From Callorhinchus milii (lineage: Eukaryota): a DNA stretch of 64,000 bases. The number at the start of each line of letters is the position of its first letter. Positions within the stretch are counted from its first letter, which is position 1. The DNA is taken from the NCBI RefSeq assembly GCF_018977255.1, contig NW_024704742.1, positions 101,496,001 to 101,560,000 of the forward strand. The letters run 5' to 3'. The notes beneath the pieces were generated by a model. That model ran no database searches. It worked only from the letters and a program-made list of their open reading frames with translations, and was not told the origin of the DNA. Positions 37,932 to 50,795 of the stretch are shown in pieces. Position numbers and translations under genes: made by a program.

Positions 37932-38551
37932 ACTAATTTAATAGCTCTTTCAAAGAGCCGGCACAGGCACGATAGACCGAATGGCCTCCTGTGCTGTACG
38001 ATTATATGATTGTATGAAGAGCGCAGAAGTACAAGGTATGTAAATTTCAATTCTCCTTTGTTAAAAAGATGCCCAGAATGTGGATATCTTAGTTCGTAAC
38101 ATCAGAAATTAATTAGGGCATGTTTTTCTTTCGCTTATCCCAAGAGTATATCAAAATTACATTAGGTTCACAAAATAATTTAAATAGAATCCAATTGTCA
38201 ATATCAGACATAAACTTTAGAAGACTTAATAATCTAGTTTATACCATTGGATAAGAAGCCAAAACTAAATTAATGTTTGAAAATACAAACTCAGGCTTCT
38301 TTGGAGTTGATTGAATTCATTATAGATGCTGGGTTCACTAATCCCACAGCCTTTTACCAATCTGGTATTGACTCTCTTGGGTTCTAATCTAATGCTCCCA
38401 TCAGATTATAGTGTGGGAAACTGATTAAACATTCTTCTATGTGTTTGATGTAGGGAATTACAAAGTTTAGTTTTGATTCAAGAGGGGCGCAGACTGAAAA
38501 CTATTTTATTAAATGGCAACTGGTTTTAAATACAGAGTTTCAAATCCCAAA

Positions 38552-38810
38552 CCCTTTGTTGCAATCCCCCACCATTTTGTTTTGCATCATTGACTCCTCT
38601 TTAACCCGTCATCCCCTGGCCTCTACCCCATTTTCTCCTTTGTCTTCCTTGCCCTGCCTCCCTCCTCTCTGTTAGCCCTTAAAAGCCTCTCCCTCCCAAC
38701 ATGCCCCAGTTCTGATGAAGGGTCGTGGACCTGAAATGTTGACTCAATTTCCTTTCTCCATAGATGCTGCCTGCTGAGTGTTCCCAGTGACTTCTGTTTT
38801 TGTCCCAAAT
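38552..38810 (+). mobile_element. Penelope-like element pseudo-LTR fragment
   Basis: Pyrimidine-rich tract, then a hammerhead core, then tctccatagatgctgcctg...ttctgtttttg; homologous to 45019-45110. Confidence 0.75.
38707..38745 (+). ncRNA. Minimal type I hammerhead ribozyme motif (degenerate)
   Basis: CUGAUGA 38712-38718, stem II GGGUC/GACCU, GAAA 38733-38736, GUU triplet, stem I AGUU/GACU. Confidence 0.65.
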
Positions 38811-39149
38811 CCTTAACTTTCTTGTTTTCTAACATGAATTACCCTTAATGGTTCAAAGTGCACTTCTGTGCCAGCCTTCTTTTAAACCTCGGAGCAATTT
38901 GCTGAATATTGAGGTTGTGAAACTGCTGCAATCATGGATCAACCATCAGTCCGACTATATTCCTTCCTCGCAGGAATCGAAAGAAAATTATAAAATGCCT
39001 GCAGAAGAATTCTTTTGTGCACAATACATTTTGAAGTTTCTACCAAAAGACATCAGCTCAGCAACACTTCCAATCTCACAGATCCATCCTTTGATTCATT
39101 CATCTGAGACAAGCATTATTGTAAATTTCAATCCTTTTCATACAGTCAT

Positions 39150-39340
39150 GTTATTTCCAAGGTTGAATCCATTTGATTAAAGTCCTATAAAGATCATTGT
39201 CGGTTAAATCACTAAGGTCCAATAGTATCCACCCACAGACATGAGGGAGCTGGTGATGGTGGTTCAACAACTTTCTAAAAACAGATGAGGCTGCAGAATA
39301 TTGGAATATAGCACACAATGAGGTCTGAAATTTCAACTAG
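39150..39340 (-). mobile_element. Very old L2-like RT remnant
   Basis: ILLDLSDLTD resembles LLDLSAAFD; otherwise heavily decayed. Confidence 0.35.
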
Positions 39341-40283
39341 TCTTAGGCTGAAAGACTCTTTTGCGTAAATGCAGATTGTGACAAATTCTCAAATTCAGTC
39401 TTAGTTTGGAAGCTGGTTCGTTTTAACAACGACAGAAAACAGGCTTTGAAATTAAGACTGAATTTAAAAACTCCATAGTGCTGCACAATTTTAAATTTTA
39501 GGAAAAATTTATCTTGCAGCTAAATGACCAAGATCATAACAAAAACACAATGACTAAAACACCACGACCACAACACAAAAGTCTTGCAGTTACATGGCTG
39601 GGTGAAATTTCAGGCCTGTGGTGCCCATCTTCAAAAAAGGGAAAGAAGCAGTCACTGTCAACAAAGGTCAAACAACCTCATGGAATAAGAATGCAGGAAA
39701 CCCCTATTGCTCTAGGCATTCATAGTTTCTGCTGCAAGAGATCATGCCTGACAAATAGTTCCTTTGAAGAAATAAGTAAGTAAGCTGGTGAATGCCAAGT
39801 TATTAGTAGACTACTGATTTTGAAAAAATACTAATCTCCTGGAAAGGTTAGAAACAATTGAGTTGAGGCACTAGTCGCTAGGTGAACTGGCAAGAGGATA
39901 AATTACAGGCAGAGCAGCAGGAATCAAATTGGTCATATTTTGGTTTTGATTTCTCTGCCTGGTCTGGGAGGAAACTGAGTGGACAACACCAGGCGAGAAG
40001 ATGGAATAGGGGAATTCTTCAGGAGTGTGTGTGAAGGGCCTTTTTCTGGGTCTTTTCTTTATCTGTACATATCTATGCATACTAATATTAATCCTTGCAT
40101 TTGATATAATGCCTTATTTAGTATAGAAACTAGTTCAAGATTTAAAAATAAGGCCCAAACATTGCAACTGATTCAAGTCTTTATTCTTAATGTATGATAA
40201 GAAGAGGCCAGTTGTTGATGTTGCTCAGCAGCATTCAATTGAATGAACCTTTCTATCTCTATCCTTTCTATCTTTCCATCTGA

Positions 40284-40657
40284 GGAGTCCTGTAGCTCAG
40301 TGGGTAGAGCACTCGCTTTGAAGCGAGAGACCTAGGTTTGATTCCCGGTAGGGCGAAATGTTGGGCAAATTTCCTTACTTCACATGCCTCTGTTTACCTA
40401 GTAGTAAATAGGAACCCAGATGTTAGTCAATTGGCGGATCACTTTTCCGGGGGTATAATTCCCTAAAAAAATTATAGGTCACTAGTCGCTAGGTGATCCA
40501 TGACTTTTTGTGGGACACTGCTGTGCACAATTGGCTGCCGTGTTTCGCCCGCAAAATATACAGTCAATTCACTTTACAGTATATTCTGTGAAGCGCTTTG
40601 AGACGTTTCGATGATGTGATAATGTGCTGTATCAAATGCAAAGATTATTATTATTAT
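40284..40657 (+). mobile_element. Full-length long-variant SINE
   Basis: tRNA head, CORE-like segment gcctctgtttacctagtagtaaatagg, 3' stem-loop and (ATT)n tail. Confidence 0.92.
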
Positions 40658-43259
40658 TTTCATGTTGAGACATCTCAAAGTACTTCAAAGATTATATTGG
40701 AAAGTGAATTGACTATATATTTTGTGGGTGAAAGGATAATGGACTGTATATTTTGTGTATGAGGAGAAGTTACATTTACCTGCTGAAGATCCAGTTTAAA
40801 TAAAACAGACTAGGTGCCCATCCAAAACACAGTCTCCATTACTACTAAAATACTTCGGCTACTGAGGCACTTAAAGTAATCATTTTGAATTCATGAGTCT
40901 AACTTTTGCAGAGGAGCATTAAACCCTGAACATAAGAATCTGAGACCTGCAGTCTGACAGAACACAATTCTTTTGGAAAGGGTTGAGCAATTGACTCCAA
41001 AATGAACATTACAAAGTGTGAGTCACAAAAGTTGTCTGCCAAGGTTGGGTAAATGTCATCAATCTCAGCTCTGCCACCAAGAGGATGGCACACATAAAGT
41101 AAGCTGTTCCATCAAAAGGAGTGAGAACGACTGACATTGGCTGGGACACTCACCTTGAATCACCTCCTGATAGTTGATCAGGATGGTGCCCATCTTCGAT
41201 GGAGAAGGAGATTGAAAGGGGAGAAAAACAATTAATTACTTTGGCATGGCCTTCTCTATTCCTAACTTGGCAGCACAATATAATATGTGCCCTTTGAAAG
41301 GAGGCATCAATCTTGTGTGATCCTCTTTTAACCCCATCTTCATTTACTTGGTAACTGCAGCACTTGCTTTCACTTGCACAATTTTACAAATACATCCAAC
41401 ATATTTGTCATGACCATAAATTTTGATAGGCACATTTTACAAAGATGCTCCTTTCACGTAATGCAATGATAAAATAATCGTGACCCAGTTTATTTGATAC
41501 AAGCTTAGCACTCAGAAAATTGTGCAGGAGTCATTGGTTTATCACTAGGAATATTTGTAATGAAAATCTATCAGTGCATTAGTGAGGAATTCACCTCCTG
41601 TTATGGAGCCATTGGGAAATAATCACATTGATTTGAGCAATTTGTATATTGTAAATGATAAAGTTAAAAGATGTTGACAACTATGGATATCAATGAGGGG
41701 ATGAGACTGTCTGATTTAAAAGTTGTTTTTAGTAAAGGTAAATTCCAGATATCTTGACAAGGTTGATATGTATATCTTTACAAGGTATAAATGTATGGAT
41801 AATTTTCAACAAATTATCAGAGAAGAGCTGTGTTTTGACAATGGAGAGGCTAACTGCAACCAATCTCGAGGAAGGAGGGATATATTACAATCAACATGGA
41901 TCGACACACATTAACAAGTCGATTCTTCCATCAAAACCACTATAATGATCCAATCAACCCATTGCAGTGAACTTTACTAAGCATTAAGCATTCATTTGAT
42001 TTGATGAAATGTATAACTACATTTATGCATTTCTTTATTAATCTTTTATTAAATTTTACTACTTAAAAGGAAATTTGCACCAGTTCATACTTCACCGCAG
42101 GGTCACAAATTTATTCGAACTCTACACAACAAGGTGGTGCATGTGTAAGTGTATATTGTCACAGATCAATTTATTGATTCCAATTCCCCTGTGCATTTCC
42201 ACCTCCTCACCCCTCATTTGAAATCGATGGCTGGGTAGCATTCTTGGATCCTTCGTATTATTTCCATAAATGATTGCATTGGTCACAATTCCTGAAATCA
42301 CAACCATTTCAACCTATGAGTTGTAGTGTGATATAGTAGTTATTTAAGATAACATCCATTTCATGATCATTGGTTCCCATTGATGCTGTAAGCACCTGGT
42401 AGGGGTTTACGTGTCCAATATCCTTCTTTAGAGAAGTAGCTAAATTAAAGAATTGATATTATTTAGTACTCAACAAAGCAAGAAATACTCTTGTTTTCTT
42501 TGTGACAGTCTTCCAAATAAATCAATCATCTACTTCATGGCTGTTGATGGGATCTTGCTGGTGCAAATGGCTGTCAGGTTCAGCCGTAAAATGTCACGGG
42601 ACTATTGAGAAATTAATTGTGTTTTGAGATATATCATCCTGATAAGGAATTATAAAAATCAATGTTCTTCCTTCTTTCTAATTTAATTGATGGAAAAAGT
42701 CCAACTGAATGCAATAATTTGTCAAAAAACCTTTTGTTGAAGTCTGATGCACTTTAATGTAATGCATGCTACAGAACAAATTATCCATTAGGAATACATT
42801 TGTTCAGTTTAGGTTTGTCTGACAGGAAGTCAGCAATTGGGATGATAAAACTCATCGGGAAAATTACAGCATAAATGGCCACTGTCACTGAGAAAAATAC
42901 CTCAGGACAGAGTATATGTCACACCAGCTCTAAGCAACTTCAATGTGGGCCTGGCTCAGTTGGTCAGAATATTATGAGTTCAAGCCCCATATCAGGGCTT
43001 TGAATTCACTTACTTTAGGCTGATACTCTAATATAGTGCTGGTGGTGCTGTCTTCTCCCCTCCCCACCCAGTGGATAGGACGAGAGGCTATGACACAGTT
43101 CTCCAGTAGACCAGAGGCCTCTAGAATGCATCTGAGCATGTGTGCCCAAGCTCTGCCAAGCACCTGCACCAGTCACTATGCCCCATTATGGCCCAGGAGG
43201 ACATATGAGTTTCCGGAGTTTACTGTATTTGTTGCTAGCCCCCTACCTTCCGTGCCCAA

Positions 43260-43765
43260 AAGTTATGGGATCAAGCCCTATATCGGGAATTGGAACCCTT
43301 ACAGTCAATGTTGACATTCCAATATAGTACTGGGATGTACTGGTTTGTAGGAGGTGCCGTCCTTCAGATGAGACGTTAAACAAAAGTCCCATCTGCCTGT
43401 TTAGGTAGACGTTACATATTCCATTGACTATTTGAAATGAGAAGGGAGTTTCTCTCGGTATTCGGACCTACAATTCCTCAAAGCAAAATTGGTCATTTTT
43501 CTCACTGTTGTTTGGGACATTGCTGTGTGCAAATTGGCTGCTTTAATTGCCCACAAAATACCAATATAGCAGAGTCCCTTATTGATATTTAGCATGGTAA
43601 GCGGCAGGGATATTAACAGCATGGTGACTTAAGTGGTAATGGCTAGTGAAGCCAATGTCCTTTTATCAGGAATTTACTGTATTACTGCACATTGTACAAT
43701 TCTGTGAATTGTTTTGAGATGTCCTCTTGACACGAAAGGTGCTATATCAAATGGATTGATTATTT
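43260..43765 (+). mobile_element. Older Deu-domain SINE (a further head fragment lies at 42945-43040)
   Basis: ggaggtgccgtccttcagatgagacgttaaac Deu motif; 3' stem-loop tail. Confidence 0.8.
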
Positions 43766-44669
43766 TTAACAATAATTCATCTGTGACCTGAGATGCTATT
43801 GCGGGTGAGTTCCTTAGAAGGGTTGCACTTTATGGCTCAAACACATTTTTACAGTGCAAGACCCCATTTCTGCTGGGTAAATTTTTATGAGGGTCGAGAA
43901 TGCAGATTTGGCAAATAAACAATGAAAGAGATTACTGAATCACTTTTCCTCGGTTGTAAATTCTAATAGTTCTAGACCTTTGAATGCATTTGAACAACAA
44001 AAACAACAACAGCTTGCATTTATATAGTGCACATTATGTGGAGTAGCATCTCAGTGTTTTCCCTGACTGTCCAGCTGACTTAAAAGGCTCTATACAAATG
44101 TAATTTGTTATTGTTGTTGTTGTGACCATTTGAACATACATGGTCTATTATACCAACCTGATTAAAAATAACAAATAGTACGTTTTGAGGGTTACATTTG
44201 CACCAGAATTTTGTTAATAAATCTCAAGGTTGAGATAACTCATTTGAAAAGCCGCACACCAGGGGAAATAAACTTTGCATTTGCTCAGCAGAGTTTAAGC
44301 TTTGCAAAACAATAACCTTCAGTACTGTTAAAAATTATTTTGTAGAAAGCAAGCGTGTGAAGTTTTCAGACAAAAAGCAATCTCAGAATTGTACCTTCAA
44401 AGTTGACTGGATCCTCTGAGGATATGAGGACAGAAAGAATGGGCAATGAATGGAAAAGTACAATTGTGCAGCACAGCTCTGTTCTGAAGTTGATTCTGGA
44501 CATATTTGTTTAAAAATATATAGAATGGGCTTCCTGTTGCAACTGGCCTCTATTGTAAGTGATCTGGATTGTCACTGAATGCAAAGTGACACAATGTAAT
44601 GTTCCTTGTATTGTAAACTTTCCCCTAATAAGTTCACATTAGCAAAAACTTTCCAAATAATGTCGACAG

Positions 44670-45230
44670 GATTTGGAAAGTCAGACCAGTCACTGGGAGC
44701 AGGAACTCTTCCCATTCAGCATCTGTTAACCCTACAAGCTAAAGTTCTAACAGGTAGAATGATCCATTCTGGACAAGCAGCAGGAAAGCTTGCCAGGCAA
44801 TGCTGTCAATGGTAAGCTATGCGGTTTTAGCTGTAAGACTCCAGCAGTACCCCAATGCACACTAAAGGGATCCTCAAGCCTTGGCTCTTGCCAACCTGCA
44901 CCTGATGCTCTCTGGAATTGTGTAAGCCGGATGCATCCCTCCATAGAGTGATTACACTTTCCATTCAACAATCTATCTCTGGGATTTCCATGTGTAGGTG
45001 AGATCCATGGAATTCTCAAACAAAAACAGAGAGAGCAGGTCAGGCAGCATCTATGGAGAAAGGAAAGTGAGTCAATGTTTCGGGTCCATGACCCTTCGTC
45101 AGAATGGGATAAATCTATGTCTGGAATTTCCATGTGGAGGTGGGTTGCATGGAATTCTCAGTTTGGTTTGGATATTCTTAAGCATGGTGATGGTTTCTGC
45201 TTGTGTTAGATACCCAGTTGACCAAGAAAT
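44670..45230 (-). repeat. Family X copy containing a Penelope-like fragment (45019-45110)
   Basis: Reverse complement aligns by eye with 22125-22545. Confidence 0.8.
45069..45105 (-). ncRNA. Minimal hammerhead ribozyme motif, second copy
   Basis: Minus strand reads CUGACGA-A-GGGUC-AUG-GACCC-GAAAC-AUU-GACU. Confidence 0.65.
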
Positions 45231-45309
45231 TAAAGTCTTTAATAAATATTGTAACAATAACAACTCCTTTATGATCATTTCAAGAAGACTCAGCTAGCTC
45301 CGGACTCCT

Positions 45310-45635
45310 AAATAATAATAGTAACAATAATAATCCTTGCATTTGATATAGCGCTTTTCACGTCGGGAGGCTGTCCCAAAGCGCTTCACAGAACACACTG
45401 TAAAGTGAATTGACTGTATATTTGTGGGCGAACGCGGCAGCCAATTGCGCACAGCAATGTCCCACAAAAAGTCATAGATTGAAAATGACCAATTTTATTA
45501 TTGTTTTTGGTTTTGGAGGGATTATTATTAGGCGTGTGGAGTATGGAAACTTGCCCAAGGTTTCACCCTGCCTGGAATTGAACTCAGGTCTCTCGCTTGC
45601 AAAGCGAGTGCTCTAACCACTGAGCTACAGGACTC
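45310..45635 (-). mobile_element. Full-length young SINE, short variant
   Basis: Reverse complement of the reference copy. Confidence 0.95.
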
Positions 45636-45649
45636 TGTCTCTTATCCCT

Positions 45650-45873
45650 TCTATTCCCCATTTGTTCATGCCTTCAGTCACTACGCCCCAAAATTTCTGC
45701 CTCATTCCTTCTTCCCCATCTCCAGATCACATATGAAGACCTTCCTCTTTCCCTGTGCCGAGAGTCACCAATCCCCTCTCCCCAGCTTGGCATCAAGTTC
45801 CTCCACTTTTAACTGCTCCAACACGTTACCCTGTGCGAAGGGTGATATATAAATGCAAGTTGTTGTTTTTGTT
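45650..45873 (+). mobile_element. L2 family-2 3' fragment
   Basis: gccttcagtcactacgcccc, aagaccttcctc and a tail with (GTT)n. Confidence 0.75.
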
Positions 45874-46094
45874 GCAGCTGCCCTCATTTTTCTCTGTGCA
45901 TCCCTGAGACATTTTGTTGCTTCTTTGGGAATCAGTTATCATGTATATGGTATTGGCAAAACTGGTAATTTTTTTCATGATCCATTTGAACTTTTAATAT
46001 ATGCTGAATTCCCAGAAATCCCAAAACAAGCAAATCTCTTGCTAATCCAGTTCAATAAGCAGCAATTCATCACTCAAATTATTACAGAATGTTG

Positions 46095-46741
46095 TGCTTC
46101 CTTCGGGCGCTGGCAACATCAGCATCCACGGCTGCACACTCAACCTCACTAAGCCAGTCAGGAACCTGGTGTCTTGTTTGACCCTGAACTGTCCTTTCTT
46201 CCCCACATCCACGCTATGATGGGCACTGCCTACCACCACCTACGCAATATTGCCAAACTCCGCCACTGCCTCACACCTCAGGCTACTGAAACCCTCACTC
46301 ACATATTTGTCACTTCAAGGCTCGATTATGGAAATTCCCTCCTCATCAACCTTCTCAACTATTCCTTTCACAAGCTGCAGATCATCCAAAACTCTGCAGC
46401 TCGTGTACTCTCGCGCACCAGGCTCCGTGACCCCATCACTCCCACCCTCACCACATCATTCCCACCATGGCCTGCTCCATATCTCTCGCCCGACCCGCCT
46501 TACCCTCGGTGGCCGGGCTTTCAGCCTCTCTGCCCCCACACTCTGGAACTCCATCCCACAGTCCCTTTACCTCGCTTCCTCCCTTGCCTCTGCTTCAATC
46601 GTGCCTTCAGTCGCCCTCCCACCTCACTGCTTTCTCTTACCTCTACCCCACCCCTCCCCCATGCTCCTGACCCTTGTTCAGTGCCTTGCGACATCCTCCC
46701 AACGTGAAAGGCGCTCTATAAATGTAATTTTGTTGTTGTTT
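46095..46741 (+). mobile_element. L2 family-1 3' fragment
   Basis: FDPELSFLPHI...SRLDYGNSLL...LQIIQNSAARVLSRT; internal deletions; (GTT)n tail. Confidence 0.93.
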
Positions 46742-48110
46742 AGGGAAAATAAGTTTAACTCAGTTCATCGCTTCCAAATACATCCATGTAAAGTTAGTCT
46801 CCTCTAAAGCTCAAAAGGTGATTCTTTCCATTCAAGGGGGTTCAAAGACTAGATTAATCTGTGTTTAGGTGCAATGGGTTAATTTTGGCAGCAGAAAACT
46901 GTTTCATTGATCTTACTGTGAATATTAGGTTGTAAAATTTACAAAATTTATTTTCTTGTGAGATAAAAGAAATTACCTCTCTATTGTGTAAGTGTTTGTC
47001 TGTATGGTTATTTCTAGGCATTTAATCATAATGTTGAATTGTGAATGAAAACCCTGCTTTCTGACACAGACTATTTGCATGACAAGGATACAAAACTGCA
47101 TTTATCAGTTTACTCAGCTAAAACCAATGTGCATTTGAATATGTCAAATCACATGAGTGTTTACAGTGTCATCAGCTGGCGGAGTAAACATAACTCAAAA
47201 GGGTTCATTATATATTTGGATATCTCCGAAGGATATGTTTGATAAGCAGAGAATACACTGCTAGCTGCCCCTGGGTGGGGAATTAAAATCCAATTTACAT
47301 AATCAGAACCATTGGTTCATTGGAACATTGAGCCTCAGGAAATCAGCTGCTGAAATAGGTGCGTAGCATGTGTACTTTATGTGCCAAGTTGTACTGAAAA
47401 TACTGTGGAGAATAATCGGAATTCCACCAGCTGTCCTTGCAGATAGTTTAGGAAGCTTCTTTTTCTCCCTTGCTTTGCAAAGATTAGATGCTAAATGTAG
47501 TGTGTTCCCTGACAATAAAATAATTCTATGCTGCATGTGCTGCAGTAGCTGCGAAACCCATTTGCAGTTAAGGCTTGAACCACTGTGCAGAGCACAACGG
47601 ACACATGACCATTACAAACCTATTACTATTTATGCCCAGCTCAGCATCACCTGACACATGTACAGGCAGTTAAAAAGTTTGACAGTTAAAAAGAAGAATG
47701 GTGTGAAATTTCCATGATGGATATTCAGGTTAAAAATGTTTGCATTAGAACATAAAAATCCAATCTACTTCACTTGCTGACTCCGCAGGTATTTCAAAAA
47801 TTCTCATCTATTTTACTCATGAGATTATTTTGGTGCTGTTGTCATTTAGATGGGAGCGCCTCTATTGGGTGATAGTGGCAGCTTGAGGAATGGTTGGGAG
47901 AGTATTAGTTAGTATATGGCTAGATGTGGGGATGGCATTTGGTAAGTATTATAGTATTATCCAATTAAGATGATGTTTTCTTTCCAGGTAGTTGGAGTAT
48001 CCAGTTCAAATACCAATTTTATTCACTGGGTATCTAATAAGGAGCCATGGGATGCAATTTGTATGTGACAAGTGGGCTGAATTGATAATTCACATACAAC
48101 AAAAATACAT

Positions 48111-48756
48111 GGAGTCCTGTAGCTCAGCGGTTAGAGCACTCGCTTTGCAAGCGAGAGACCTGAGTTCAATTCCAGGCAGGGCAAAACCTTGGGTAAGTTT
48201 CCTTACTCCAGGTGCCTAATAATAATCCCTCCAAAACCAAAAACAATAATAAATTGGTCATTTTCAATCTACGACTGTTTGTGGGACATTGCTATAATAA
48301 TAATAATAATCCTTGCGTTTGATATAGCGCTTTTCACGTCGGAAGGACGTCCCAAAGCGCTTCACAGAACACACTGTAAAGTGAATTGACTGTATATTTG
48401 TGGGCAAACGCAGCAGCCAATTGCGCACAGCAATGTCCTACAAACAGTCGTAGATTGAAAATGACCAATTTATTATTGTTTTTTGTTTTGGAGAGATTAT
48501 TATTAGGCTCTGTGTGGATAAGGAAACTTGCCCAAGGTTTCGCCCTGACCTGCCTGGAATTGAACCCAGGTCTCTCACTTGCAAAGCGAGTGCTCTAACG
48601 ACTGAGTTACAGGACTCCGCTGTGCGAAATTGGCTGCCGCGTTTGCCCACAAATATACAGTCAATTCACTTTACAGTGTGTTCTGTGAAGCGCTTTGGGA
48701 CGTCCTCTCGAAGTGAAAAGCGCTATATCAAATGCAAGGATTATTATTATTATTAT
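48111..48756 (+). mobile_element. Young SINE with a full-length young SINE nested in the opposite orientation (48294-48618)
   Basis: GCT duplicated at 48291-48293 and 48619-48621; the outer halves are collinear. Confidence 0.95.
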
Positions 48757-49194
48757 ACAGTATTCTGATTAATCTGCACGTCTACTGAGGAATTAATAAT
48801 ACTAATATTTTAATCAAATGAGAACAATTAGCAATACAATTGAATGTTTCAATGGGAAGTCAAATGAATGCTGGTCTTACAGGCTTTATCAACAGCAACA
48901 ACTTGCATTTATATAGCACGGGATAGCATATCAGAGTGTCACATATAACTGTTTAACAGTTTATTTGGGGAGATGGTGGGATGATCATTTCACCCTGCAA
49001 TGTAATAGAATGCTTTTAAAATACATTAAATGTAAAGTTGCTTATCCTTATTTCCCTGAACACAGTAAACAGGACTGAGGTTGATAGGTTATCAAGGGGA
49101 AATAAATTGATAGTATACACAACTTATATCTGTCCTACCATGTGCATACAGCAGAAATGGTTATTCTCTACATACAGAAATAGGCATTCAGAAG

Positions 49195-49460
49195 AACAAT
49201 AATAATAATCTTTGCAATTGATGTAGTGCCTTTCATGCAAGGAAGACGTCTCAAAGTGCTTCACGGGATTTTCTGTGAACTGTAGTGACTGTGTATTTTG
49301 TAGGCAAATGTGGCAGCCAATTTTTCACAACAATGTCCCACAAACCATGAAGTGAGTGACCATTTTTTTTATCTGGGAATTGTTGGCCAGGACACCAGGA
49401 GAAACTCCCTTCTCTTTTCAAGCAATCTCATGGAAACTATAATATCCACCTCAGCAGGCA
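49195..49460 (-). mobile_element. Older Deu-SINE 3' part
   Basis: Shared tail plus ttgttggccaggacaccaggagaaactccc. Confidence 0.8.
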
Positions 49461-49924
49461 GAATATATGCCTTGAATGGGTTGCTGGGCCACAATTTGGT
49501 TGAGTTCTAATGACATACTAAAGCACAAAAATGAATCATACGTCTTAGTTCACTCATTTTGTTCCGCATAATAAATACTGCTAAGGGTATATTCAAATCC
49601 ACAGTGGTAGTTTCATTCGCCATCAGCTATGCTTTTGATCTGAGCTAATTTAGTACCAATTAGTCCCACATTACATCAATAGTTTTGTGTTCACTGACCA
49701 TAGGAGAGGACAGCATTCCAATCTTAATCCACTATGCCACAGAATCCCTCTTATATAATATAATTATTGGACCATAGGTGACTCATTCATATGACAGGAC
49801 CTCCAATTTGCATTTCCCAGTGTGTTGGAGAGGAAGATCGTTTGGCTTCCTAGAGATCACAGATATTGCATAAAATGATTCCTGATGGTTCAATTAAATA
49901 GCCCTTAGCTCCCTCAGAGTAACA

Positions 49925-50165
49925 GTAATAATAATAATCCTTATATTTTGCAGAACGTCTTTCATGTCAGAGAACATCTCAAAGCATTTCACAAGATTTA
50001 CTATAAAACGTAGTGACTGTGTGTTTTGTAGTTGAATGGGGCAGCCAATTTGCACACAGCAATTTTCCACAAACAACAATGAAGTGAATGATCAGTTTCA
50101 TCTGGGGATTGTTGGGCAGCACACTGGGAGAAACCTTCTTCTCTTTTAAAGAAATGCCATAGGAT
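49925..50165 (-). mobile_element. Older Deu-SINE 3' part
   Basis: Homologous to 49195-49460. Confidence 0.8.
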
Positions 50166-50611
50166 CTTGAGTACAGGTTAAGTGAGAGCTACAGCAACAT
50201 TTGAACAGGAGGAGGCCATTCAGCCATTGAGCAAAATAAATAGTGACAACAATCATACAAGCACACTTTTCATGGAACGGTTTGAGAAAGTTATGAAGAA
50301 TCATCAAGAAGCATCTTCCTTAATAATATTTATTATGTCTTCCTTTCTTGTCTTTCTAAACTAACCCTAGCTATCAATATACAATACAGCCAATAAGATT
50401 TCAGAATTAACTGAAGAAAGAAAACAAGAAATTAGCATTTTTAGAGTAATTTAATGTGTTATTCCCAAGTTATTCTTTCATCTGTAGGCTGTGTCTTTAG
50501 GCAAGTGAAATAGCTATTTGATCCCACAAACAACTGTGAGGTGAATGACCAATTATTCTGAAGATGCATTGGCTATGATAGTAGGAGACAGTCTTTTCAA
50601 ATAGCAATGTA

Positions 50612-50795
50612 GGATCCTTGCATTTCATATAGCGTTTTTTCCTGTCGTTGAAACAACAACAACAAGATTACATTTATAGAGCGCCTTTCACGTCGGGAGG
50701 AAGTCCCAAAGCACTGAACAGTCAGCTGTTGGGGCCCGAGCATGGGGCGGCTCAAAGCACTTCACAGGATTTTACTGTAAAATGCAGTTGCTGTG
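50612..50795 (-). mobile_element. SINE tail interrupted by an L2 family-1 tail (50652-50750)
   Basis: The SINE tail resumes at ctcaaagcacttcacagg after the (CAA)n-tailed insert. Confidence 0.75.

Larger units (their letters stand above)
37225..38015 (+). mobile_element. CR1 3' fragment (37225-37369 plus 37932-38015) split by an inverted CR1
   Basis: The two parts are collinear CR1 3' sequence ending in gaatggcctcctgtgctgtacgattatatgattgtatga. Confidence 0.85.

Noticed and set aside
40780..40925. Minus-strand exon candidate with a good acceptor and CAG|GTAAAT donor
   Set aside because: Stops in all three frames and no other support.
42122..42307. ORF faintly like a HARBI1 transposase (ISG...KDP...INKLICD)
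   Set aside because: The catalytic IDGTH-type motif is absent and the flanks show no continuation; too weak without a search.
48189..48768. Recurrent similar short ORFs ([27 protein letters not shown]) as a peptide family
   Set aside because: They are translations of non-coding SINE copies.
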